Part shown: positions 38,939 through 47,737 of the stretch, piece after piece
Layout of the letters: every line of letters starts with the position of its first letter
Position numbering within the stretch: position 1 is the first letter of the stretch
Assembly (NCBI GenBank): GCA_963758635.1
Contig: CAVWWD010000011.1
Coordinates: 134,510-198,509 of the forward strand
From: an uncultured Candidatus Rokubacteria bacterium
Lineage (GTDB): Bacteria; Methylomirabilota; Methylomirabilia; Rokubacteriales; CSP1-6
Length of the DNA stretch: 64,000 bases
Direction: 5' to 3'
Translations under genes and position numbers: made by a program
The notes under the pieces: generated by a model
The model's database searches: none
Seen by the model: the letters and a program-made list of their open reading frames with translations, nothing else
What the model was told of the DNA's origin: nothing

Positions 38939-40491
38939 ATGGCTCACGTGTTCGTCTGCTACGATCGCGAGGATCGCGATTTTGCCGAGGTCGTCCAGGC
39001 CAAGCTGGAGAGAGCGGGCCACAAGACCGCTATGGACCTCGATATCCTGAGCGCGGGAGACGACTGGCAGGCCACGCTCGACCTCGCCATCCGAAGCTCC
39101 GACGCCATCGTGGTCATCATGGCGCCCGAAGCACGAGCGTCCGATTACGTCGCGTACGAGTGGGCCTTCGCGCTCGGAGCGGGTGTGAAGGTGATTCCGC
39201 TCGAGCTCAGGACGACTCCGTTTCCGCCTCGGCTGGATGGCCTGCATCGTCTGGACTTCACGGGGAAGAGCCGGCCATGGGACACGCTTCTGGCGGAAGT
39301 GGCGCGAGCAGAGGCCAGCCGCCCGGCATCGAGCATCGCGATTGATCCGGGCACGCCCGCTGCTGTGACGCAGGCGGTGCGCGCAATCGACAGCCTCGTT
39401 CCCGAGGAGCGACTCGCGGCGGTCAATACTCTCGCTCAGACGGACCACCCAACAGCTCTCGACGCTCTGACGCGCGCCCTCGAACATCCCGTCAAGGACG
39501 TCCGCGTCGCGGCGGCGAGCGTGTTCCCCGACCGTACGAACCCAAAGATCGTCCCCGGTCTCATCGAGGCCCAACGGGACGAGTGGGAGACGTGGTTCAA
39601 GCGTGGGATGTTCGGCAACCCGCCGAACCGGCTCTACGAAGGCGTCACCAGGCTTGGAGCGTCCGCCGTCCCCGGCCTTTTGGACGCCTTGAAGCGGCTC
39701 GGCGTCGAACCGGGCACGCATGACCAGTTGCGTCGGGTACTCCTCCAAGCCCTCGGGAGGACCAGGAGCGCCGCGGCATTACCCTCGCTTCAAGAGGCCC
39801 TGCAGGATGAGGACGCAGACCATCCGCCGGGTTGCCGCCGGTGCTCTCGGTGAGCTCGGAGAACCGGCTGGGGCACCCGCTCTTCGGCTAGCCCTGGCGG
39901 ATCCACACGGCGGCGTTCGGGGCGAGGCCGCCGAGAGCCTGGGTCTTCTGAAAGACGCCGCGGCCGTTTCAGACCTCATCGAGTTTCTCCAGAACGATAC
40001 TCCGTCAGTGCGGGCCACGGCGGCGGCAGCGCTGGGAAAGATCGGGGACCCGTCATCGGTGCCGGGGCTCATCGTTGCGCTGGGAGACGAGGACTACAGC
40101 GTGAAGAAGGCTGCCGTTGAGGCGCTGGGACGCCTCGGTGACGCGGCGGCGATTTCACACCTGAGGCCGCTGCTGAATCAGCACGATACTGGTAACGTCA
40201 CGGAGATGGATATGGAGGTCATGACGGCGCTGGTGCGACTGCACGATACTGAGTCTTTGACGGCGATTGGGGACCGCCTTATCAGCTTCCGAGGTGGCAC
40301 CTACGGAGGTGACGTGTACGAGGAGTTAGTGCGATATAGGGATGAAGGCGTCCAGGTGCTCCTCCGTATCCTGAGCAGTGCGGAACACGCTGTCTGACGC
40401 CATTCAATCAGAAGCGGCCAAGGCGCTCGCCTCTATCCGCACCCCCGAAGTCGTGAGTGCGGTGAAGGCCTGGAGGCGGAAACACGGCTGA
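38939..40491 (+). CDS. TIR-domain protein with C-terminal HEAT (PBS-lyase-type) repeats, frame interrupted twice
   Basis: N-terminal TIR ([64 protein letters not shown]). HEAT repeats (VRVAAASV.., [50 protein letters not shown]). Frames join at ~39815 and ~40395 when one nt is removed at each. The final repeat ..[30 protein letters not shown] ends at 40491. Confidence 0.75.
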
Positions 40492-40511
40492 CCCGCGACT
40501 TCCTCGCGGAA

Positions 40512-40649
40512 CCCATGGAGATGTTGGGCACGAAACGGCCGTCCATCACGTCGATGTGGATCTGATTCGCCCCCGCCGCCTCCACCCGCGCGATCTCCTC
40601 GCCGAGGATGCCGAAGTCGGCGCTGAGGATCGACGGCGCGACTTGACCA
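40512..40649 (-). pseudogene. rpe: ribulose-phosphate 3-epimerase, N-terminal stub
   Basis: The minus strand reads [45 protein letters not shown]. Homology then stops ~20 nt from the TIR-HEAT stop. There is a frameshift right after the ATG. Confidence 0.6.
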
Positions 40650-40734
40650 TGCGTGCCTTATACCGCGCCGGTGCGGGGGATCATAGAGCCCGGCCAGGCG
40701 GGGAGCCTCGCGCCCGGGCAACGGGTATCCGGCC

Positions 40735-41115
40735 CAGATGGGCCCCGGCGCGTTGAACCGCCGTGACCATGTCCGTCGGCCCGCCGTCAATGCCGCGCGC
40801 GCGAGCACCGCGCCGGTACGCGTCGCCCAGCACGCGCGTATACACGCGCAGAACTGCGCGGCTCGGCCCGTGATTCCACGCCATCTGGTAGCGCAGCCCA
40901 TACGGTACCGTCAGCACCCATTGCCGCACCGGCACCCACGGCAGCACCTCATCCACCAGGTGCGCCGCCCGCTCCGTCATCCGCCGGCCCCCGCAGCTCG
41001 GACAGAAAGCCCCGGCCCTTAAACGAAAACGGCGCCAGGTGCTCGCGCCGGCGCGTCGGCACGCCTCCGGCTTGACCGTGGCCAGGAGACCGGCGCAGCG
41101 ACCGAGTAGCCGGGG
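40735..41115 (-). mobile_element. IS91-family (rolling-circle, Y2) transposase remnant
   Basis: ..CRRCGREHLAPFSFKGRGF/CPSCGGRRMTERAAHLVDEVLPWVPVRQWVLTVPYGLRYQMAWNHGPSRAVLRVYTRVLGDAYRR..MVTAVQR. Zinc-binding + start of the catalytic region only, with one internal frameshift. Both ends are missing. Confidence 0.65.
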
Positions 41116-41199
41116 CGAACGCACTACCCCCGCCTTATGACCTGCGTCATATGAGGGCCGGCCGGCCGGCGGTAGCCTGAGCGACAGGGAGGTAGCGCC

Positions 41200-41466
41200 A
41201 TGGCTCACGACTGCAACTGTCACCGCAACGCACCAGCCGACACCGCCCGCGTCCTCGCCCGGCCGAGCCCCGAGGACATCGTGGGCGAGATCGCCCATCG
41301 ACACCCCGGGGCTCTCGAGACGCTCCGGGCGATGGGCATCAACCATTGCTGCGGGGCTCATCTGACGCTGCGCGAGGCCGCGGCGGCGGCCGGCGTGCCG
41401 CTGGAGGCGCTCCTCGCCGCGCTCGCGGAAACGCCGGAACCATCCGCATGTTCCCGGACGACATGA
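41200..41466 (+). CDS. DUF542 / ScdA N-terminal-domain protein
   Basis: 88 aa. GGGAGG RBS. IVGEIAHRHPGALETLRAMGINHCCGAHLTLREAAAAAGV. Confidence 0.75.
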   Translation: MAHDCNCHRNAPADTARVLARPSPEDIVGEIAHRHPGALETLRAMGINHCCGAHLTLREAAAAAGVPLEALLAALAETPEPSACSRTT

Positions 41467-41470
41467 CGAC

Positions 41471-42073
41471 ATGACGATGGCCACGCTCCCTGACCGTGAC
41501 CCCGGAAGCCCCGGATCGGGCCCGTCGAGGACGCGCGACGCCGGCGGGCCCCCGTCCGCGCTCGGCGCCGTGCCCGAGGCGCGGCGGACGCATCTGGACG
41601 TGCGCGATGACATCCGGCGGGGCGAGGAGCCGCTCGGGCGCATCCTGGCCGCCGTCCGGACCCTCCCCGACGACCACGTCCTCGTGGTGCGCGCGCCGTT
41701 CGAGCCGGTGCCGCTCTACCACGTCCTCGGCAAGCGCGGGTTCCGCCATTTCACCGAGCGCCACGCCGGGGATGACTGGACGGTGCTCTTCTACCGCGAG
41801 GCCGGCCCGACGCCCGCGCCCTCGACGGCGGCGCCTGCCGACGCGGCCGGGCCGCTGCGGGTCCTCGACGTGCGCGGCCTCGAGCCCCCCGAGCCCATGG
41901 TGCGGGTGCTCGAGGAAGCGGAGAGGCTCGGTCCGGGTGCGCTCCTCGAGGTGCGCCACGACCGCCGTCCGACGTTCCTCTACCCCCAGCTCGACGAGCG
42001 CGGCCTCGCTCACGAGACCGACGAGCCGGAGCCCGGCCTGGTGCGCATCCGCATCCGGAGGCCGGAGGGCTGA
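41471..42073 (+). CDS. DUF2249 domain protein (two copies)
   Basis: 200 aa. LDVRDDIRRGEEPLGRILAAV..LVVRAPFEPVPLYHVL and LDVRGLEPPEPMVRVLEEAERL... Confidence 0.75.
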   Translation: MTMATLPDRDPGSPGSGPSRTRDAGGPPSALGAVPEARRTHLDVRDDIRRGEEPLGRILAAVRTLPDDHVLVVRAPFEPVPLYHVLGKRGFRHFTERHAGDDWTVLFYREAGPTPAPSTAAPADAAGPLRVLDVRGLEPPEPMVRVLEEAERLGPGALLEVRHDRRPTFLYPQLDERGLAHETDEPEPGLVRIRIRRPEG

Positions 42074-42075
42074 CC

Positions 42076-43455
42076 GTGCCCACGCACCCGGGACCCGACC
42101 GCGGCCCCTCGGCGCTGCTGCCGCTCGCGTATCTCGTGTGCGCCGCCGCGGGGTTCCTGGCCGCCGCGCTCGGGGTGGTGTGGCTCGCGCCGGAGCTGGC
42201 CGGCCACTACTATCACCCGCGCATCCTCGCCCTCACCCACACCGTGACCCTCGGCTGGATCACGCTCGCGATCATGGGCGCGAGCTACCAGATCGTCCCC
42301 GTGGCCCTCGAGCGGCCGATCTGGAGCGAGCGGCTGGCCCGCTGGCAGCTCGGCGTCCTCGCCGTCGCGGTGACCGGCATGGTCGCCCACTTCTACCTCG
42401 GCACGTGGCACGGGCTGGCGGCGGCGGCCTCGCTGCTGGCGGTCGGCGTCGCCCTGCATCTCGTCAACGTCGGCCTGAGCTTGCGCGGGCTCGCGCAGTG
42501 GACGTTCACCGCGCGGCTGGTGGCGCTCGGCTACGGCGGGCTCGCCGCCACCACGCTCTTCGGGCTGGCTCTGGCGGCCGATCGCCTGTGGCCCGTCCTG
42601 CCCGGCGGCGTCTTCCCCCGGCTGCACGCGCACGTGCAGCTCGCTCTGCTCGGCTGGGTCGCCCCGATGATCCTCGGCGTCACCGCGCGCGTCTACCCGA
42701 TGTTCTTCCTCGCGCCCGCTCCTGGCCGCGGCTCCACCCTCGTCCAGCTCTACGGGCTGGCCGTCGCGGTCCCGGCCGTCGTGACCGGGCTCCTCGGCGC
42801 GCCGGGCCTCCTCCCGATCGGGGCGGTGGCCGCGTCCGCGGCGCTCGCGACCCACGCGTGGTGGGTGATCGGCGCGGCACGCGCGCGCAAACGGCCCGGT
42901 CTCGACTGGGGGCTGCGCTTCGCCTTGACCGCGACCACGTTCCTCGCTCCCGCTGTCGCGCTAGGCCTGGCCCTCGGCACCGATCGCCTGTCGGGGCCCC
43001 GCGCCGCCCTCGCCTATGCGGTCGTTGTCCTCGGCGGCTGGGTCTCGCTGACCATCGCGGGCGTGATGCTCAAGATCGTGCCCTTCCTCGTCTGGTACCG
43101 CGTGTTCGGCCCGCGAGCCGGACGAGAGCCGGTGCCCACGCTCGCCCAGCTCGCATCGCCCCGTCTGGAAGGCCTCGCCTACGTCCTCCTCGTCGGTGGC
43201 GTTCTTCTCCTGGCCATGGCGGTGTTCGCCGGAGAGCCCACCTGGATCCGCGGGGCCGGCGTCATCCTCGCATCGGGTGCCCTCGCATTCACGTCGGCGC
43301 TCGCCCGGATCCTGGCGCACCTGACCCGCCGAGCGCGCCTGCGGGTGCCCGCCGCGCCTGGCCCGTCCGAGGTGAGCCCGCGGCGCGGTCGGGGCGAGCT
43401 CACCACGGTGCAGGGCGGGACGACGGTGACATGTCGGTCGATCGCGAGCAGGTGA
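42076..43455 (+). CDS. polytopic membrane protein (haem-copper-oxidase subunit-I-like)
   Basis: 459 aa, about 12 TM helices, conserved His (HYYHPRILALTHTVTLGW, HAHVQLALLGW). The C-terminal 40 aa look out of frame. Confidence 0.65.
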   Translation: MPTHPGPDRGPSALLPLAYLVCAAAGFLAAALGVVWLAPELAGHYYHPRILALTHTVTLGWITLAIMGASYQIVPVALERPIWSERLARWQLGVLAVAVTGMVAHFYLGTWHGLAAAASLLAVGVALHLVNVGLSLRGLAQWTFTARLVALGYGGLAATTLFGLALAADRLWPVLPGGVFPRLHAHVQLALLGWVAPMILGVTARVYPMFFLAPAPGRGSTLVQLYGLAVAVPAVVTGLLGAPGLLPIGAVAASAALATHAWWVIGAARARKRPGLDWGLRFALTATTFLAPAVALGLALGTDRLSGPRAALAYAVVVLGGWVSLTIAGVMLKIVPFLVWYRVFGPRAGREPVPTLAQLASPRLEGLAYVLLVGGVLLLAMAVFAGEPTWIRGAGVILASGALAFTSALARILAHLTRRARLRVPAAPGPSEVSPRRGRGELTTVQGGTTVTCRSIASR

Positions 43456-43709
43456 CCCGGGCGCTGCGGGACGTCTTCGACCCGGAGCTCGGCATGTCCG
43501 TGGTCGACCTGGGCCTGATCTACGATGTGCGGATCGACGGCGGCCGCGTGGGCGTCACGATGACACTCACCACCGAGGGCTGCCCGCTCCACGACGCGAT
43601 GGGGGGCTGGGTTCGCCGGGCCATCGGCATGGTCCCGGGCGTGGAGGACGTGACGGTCACCGTCACCTTCGACCCGCCCTGGACACCAGACCGCATCGCC
43701 CGTCTCTGA
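43431..43709 (+). CDS. DUF59 (SufT/PaaD-like) metal-sulfur cluster assembly protein
   Basis: ATG 43431 in ORF 41496..43709. VFDPELGMSVVDLGLIYDV..TLTTEGCPLHD..V.VTFDPPWTPDRI. Confidence 0.8.
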   Translation: MSVDREQVTRALRDVFDPELGMSVVDLGLIYDVRIDGGRVGVTMTLTTEGCPLHDAMGGWVRRAIGMVPGVEDVTVTVTFDPPWTPDRIARL

Positions 43710-43812
43710 TCGCGCGAGCGCCTCCGCGCCGCTGACGCCGACCGGCCGCGGGCGCCGCAACCACAGCGGGGCGTCGTGCGCGCCTTGGTCCCCGCCGGGC
43801 GAGCACCATACA

Positions 43813-44040
43813 ATGAGCGGCGTGAGCAACGACGACTCCCCGGAGACGATCGCGGCGCGGCTGCGCACGGCGTTCGATCTGTGCGAGCTCGGCGAGTCGA
43901 TGCGACGCGCCCAGCTTCGCCGCGAGCACCCCGGCGCGACCGACGAGGAGATCGAGGCCCGGCTCGTGGCCTGGCTGCGGACGCGGCCGGGCGCCGAGCA
44001 CGGCGACGCCTGGGGCCGCCCCATCGCCTGGCCGCCGGCC
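43813..44040 (+). CDS. small helical protein (partner of an NTase remnant)
   Basis: The first ~70 aa of ORF 43813..44172 (SPETIAARLRTAFDLCELGESMRRAQLRREHPGATDEEIEARLVAWLRTRPGAEHGD) are protein-like. The rest is not. Confidence 0.4.
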
Positions 44041-44150
44041 TCCTCTTGGCCGCCGAGGCCGCGCTCCGCCGGATCGTTTCGGACCTCGAAGGCCTCTCCC
44101 GGCAGTTCGCCCTGGTCGGCGGGCTCGCGGTGTCCGCCGCACCGAGCCCG
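44040..44150 (+). pseudogene. nucleotidyltransferase N-terminal remnant
   Basis: The frame of ORF 43776..44186 reads ..AAEAALRRIVSDLEGLSRQFALVGGLAVSA(RTEP).., then decays. Same architecture as the intact pair at 515-1205. Confidence 0.4.
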
Positions 44151-44272
44151 GCCACTCAACCCTCGGGAGTGACATCGGCCGCTTGACCGGTCACGCGCGG
44201 CCGGCGCAGGATAGCGGTCGCGGGAACGCGACGTGTGACGTCCGCCACCTCTCACAGACGGGAGCGACCCTG

Positions 44273-44620
44273 ATGATTCGACAGATCTGCCTCGCCCTGG
44301 CCCTGGGCCTCGGGAGCCTATGGCTGGGAGGCTGCTACTACCCCGCGGTCGTGGTGCAGCCCGGCGCGCCCGCGAACTACGATCGCTCCTGGAACGCGGC
44401 GCTGGGCGGCGCACAGGACGCGGGCGTCCAGGTCACCTCGGCGGACCCCAACACCGGGCTCATCCGCGGCACGCGGGGCGGCATCGACGTGACCGTGGTC
44501 GTCGCGCGGCAGGCCGATGGAAGCGTGCGCGTGCAGTTCGACTCGAAGGGCCAGACGCAACAGGACCCCGGGCTGCCCGAGCGGTTCTCCCAGGCCTACG
44601 AACGGCGGATGGGGCGCTGA
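44273..44620 (+). CDS. small lipoprotein
   Basis: ATG 44273 in ORF 44183..44620. MIRQICLALALGLGSLWLGGC lipobox. Confidence 0.6.
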   Translation: MIRQICLALALGLGSLWLGGCYYPAVVVQPGAPANYDRSWNAALGGAQDAGVQVTSADPNTGLIRGTRGGIDVTVVVARQADGSVRVQFDSKGQTQQDPGLPERFSQAYERRMGR

Positions 44621-44653
44621 TCGAGCGCCGGGGGCGGTGACCGCCTCCGAAGC

Positions 44654-46948
44654 TCACGCCCCGGCGCGGATGTCCTCGATGAGCTTGCCGGCGATGTACC
44701 GGCCCAGCGCGTACACCGTGTAGCAGGGGTTCACGCCGAGCGACGTGGGCAGGATCGACGAGTCGGCCACGTAGAGGCCGTCCACGTCCCACGATCGTCC
44801 GCTCGCATCCACCACGTCGCGTCGCGCGTTCCCGCCCAGCGCGCACCCGCCCATGGGGTGGCCGCTCGTGATCTGGATGCGCTGGTCCTGGACGAGCTGC
44901 AGGTTCAGCACGGCGTCGATCTCCTCCGGGCCGGTCAGGATCAGCGGCCGGTGGCTGTTGAAGAACACGCGGCGGGCGCCCGCCGCGAACATGATCCGCG
45001 ACCCCGTCCGCAGCGCGTCGAGCCACCCCTGATGGTCCTCCTCGGCCAGCGCGTACTCGAACCCCTTCGGCGTCACGCGCCCGACCGGCCGATCGCGGAA
45101 CATGACCGCGAGCGTCATCGTCTGGTTGAAACGCTTCATGAAGGCCTGGTGGCTCTCCGGCGACTCGTACGGCATCAGCTGCGCGTGAGCGAGCGGATGG
45201 TTCAGCAGGCCTTCCAGCGCGTAGCGCACGTGGTCACGGGCTGGATCGACCGCGGCCTGATCGGCAACCTCGTACTTCTTGACGAAGTAGCCCATGGGGG
45301 GCGTGGCCGCGGAGGGGAAGAGGGCCTCGTCGAAGTCCCCGCAGAACGTGACGGTCGCATGCGTCGAGAAGCGCTCCCCGACCGCGGGCTCCACGTTCCT
45401 TGGCGCCCCGGATGCCCGGCACGCCGCTCTGCATGAGGATGCGCGGCGACGAGAAGGGGCCGGCGGCCAGCACCACGCGTCGCGCCCGGACCTCGACGCG
45501 CTCCCGGACGACGCCCCGCGAGTCGGTGAGGTGCGCGACCACGCCCGTGACCCGATGCGTGCGCCCGGCGCGCCCGTCGTCGGGCAGCTTCTCGAGCAGC
45601 AGCTCGTCGACCCGGCAGTTGGCCACGAGCTGGGCCCCCCGGCGCGCGGCCATGGGCAGCACCACGTTCAGGGGCGTGAGCTTGCGGTTGTAGCGGCAGC
45701 CGAGGTCGCAGTACCCGCAGCCGATGCACTGGTGCGCGTTGCGCACGGTGGGCCCATGATGCGGCATCCCCAGGGCCATCGCGCCGCGGCGGAGGGCCAG
45801 GTTGTGGCCAGAGATCTGGGTCGCCGACACCGGCGCGATGCGCAGCAGCTTCTTGATCGCCTCCAGGTGGGGCACGAGGTCCTCGTACGTGAAGTCGGCG
45901 CCGTTCACCTCGCGCCAGTCCCGCACCACCGGCCGCGGCGGCTCGAAGGCGAGCGCGTGGTTGATGGTGGCGGAGCCGCCCACGAGCTTGCCGGTCACCA
46001 CGGCGGTGGTGACGGTGGGGATCTCGCGGCGGAACAGCTTGATCCACCGAGAACTCGGTGTCGAAGATGCGCGGCATCATGAGCCGCTCGCGCTGGAGGA
46101 AGTCGGCGGGCTCGAGGAAGTCGCCCTTCTCGAGGATCAGGACCCGCTGCGTCGTGTGCGCGGCCAGCTCGGCGGCGACGAACGACCCGCCCGCCCCCGA
46201 CCCGACCACCACGACGTCGGTCTCGAGGACCAGGCGGTCTCCGCCGCCGACCGCGCGCGCCGCCTCCAGGCCCGTCCGCAGCGCCGGAGTGGGGCACCAC
46301 GCGGCGCCGGAGGATGGCCACGTTGTCGTCCGTCTCCTTCGCCAGCTCGTACGAGGTCGACGCCGCGAGGTCCGCGTCACGCCGCGCGGGATCCGACAGC
46401 CACGGCCCCGGGTACCGCATGACCTTCCACGCTACCTTCTCGTTGATGTAGATGGGCGCGGTCCCGATGAACTTCGCGCCGCTGAAGATGTTGCGCATCG
46501 CCCGGAGTTCGCTGTCCCGCAGGAACAGGAAGTAGCGGGTGGCGTCCTCGGTGGCGAAGTTGCGCAGCTGCAGCCGCGCGGGCAGCCCGTGTCGGGTGGA
46601 GAACGTCCGGGTGAAGGTCGGCAGCACGTTGAGGAAGTCGATCAGGAACTTGATGTTCGACAGGAACTCCTCGCCCTGCGCCCAGGCGAACTGCGCGTAG
46701 GCGTCGACGAGGTCGTAGTCGGGGTCCTCGCTCGCGAGGCGGCGCCGGATCTCCGTGCCGGGCGGGTTGAAGCCGTCGATGATCTTGGCGACGACCTCAC
46801 GCTCGACGGAGTGGAAGACGGGCGCGGCATCGCCCAGCCGCTGACGCTCGATCTGGCCGCGGAGCGTCCCGCAGGAGAGAGGCGACGACGCCAGAACCGC
46901 CACGCTCGACGCGCGGACCACGCGGGACAGGAACTGGCGCCGGCTCAT
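44654..46948 (-). CDS. GMC-family FAD oxidoreductase fused to a Tat-signal N-terminal domain, at least 3 frame interruptions
   Basis: Tat signal MSRRQFLSRVV at ATG 46948 (ORF 45995..47077). FAD fold DVVVVGSGAGG (ORF 45202..46380). Middle part in ORF 45234..46001. GMC C-terminus ..HPMGGCALG..YVADSSILPTSLGVNP (ORF 44654..45394). The frames join at ~46310, ~46046 and ~45399. Confidence 0.8.
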
Positions 46949-46986
46949 CGCTCGGGTGAGCTCGGTGTCGAAGGCGCGCTGGCCCT

Positions 46987-47670
46987 TCACGACCCGCTCC
47001 CCGGCTTGGCGAACCGGTGCGTGTTGACGGTCTGCCCGCTCGCCGTCGAGCCGTCGGGCACGTGGCACGCCAGGCACGGATTCACCTCCCCCGGCGTCGG
47101 CGCCGAGAAGTGCGTGTCCGGCCCGGCAGGGTGACAGCCGACGCAGAAGGCCGCCTGCCGCACCTAGGCGCGACCCAGACGGTGCTCGTCGTAGTGGCAG
47201 GCCACGCAGAGCCGTCCTCCCAGGTCACCCGCCGTCGCGTCACCCACGAAGTGTCGTCCCGTGGGCGCGGGCGTAGTGAAGCGCTCGCGCCGGAGCGCGG
47301 TGCGGGCGGCCCGCTCCCTGTCGAGGGAGCGCTGATCCCGGACGGCGAAGTGCTTGCTGGCCAGGGTCTGCTCGTACTGGGCGAGGTGACAGCCGCCGCA
47401 CTTTCCGTCGGCCACAGGCTGTGTGAAGTCCGGATGCCCTCCCGGGGTGTGGCACTGCCCGCAGCGGATGCCCTTGGCGCTGTGGACGCTCTGCGCGTAC
47501 TGGGCGACCACGGGCGCCGCGTGGCACGTCTGGCATCCCTCGACGTACGGCGCGGGGCCCGAGACCACTGGCTCCGCGTCGCGCCCCAGCGACATCAGGA
47601 AGCAGCCGCCGAGCCCGAGCCCCGCCAGCAGCAGGACCGCGCCCAGGCCGGCGCGTGACGATCGATCCAT
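46987..47670 (-). CDS. multihaem c-type cytochrome lipoprotein (6 CxxCH) with an in-frame TAG
   Basis: Lipobox LGLGGC. CQTCH, CGQCH, CGGCH and CVACH precede the TAG at 47164-47166. The same frame continues VRQAAFCVGCHPAG..NPCLACHVPDG.. to a TGA at 46987-46989. Confidence 0.75.
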
Positions 47671-47737
47671 GATGGGTCCGTGAGAATTATAGGCCCGTTG
47701 GCAACAGCGGGCAGCATTGTTGGCCGCCGAGCCCGCC

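Noticed and set aside
47164-47166. TAG as pyrrolysine or programmed recoding.
   Set aside because: No pyl genes or recoding signals are evident, and the window is full of simple sequence lesions. A point error or a nonsense mutation is the more economical explanation.
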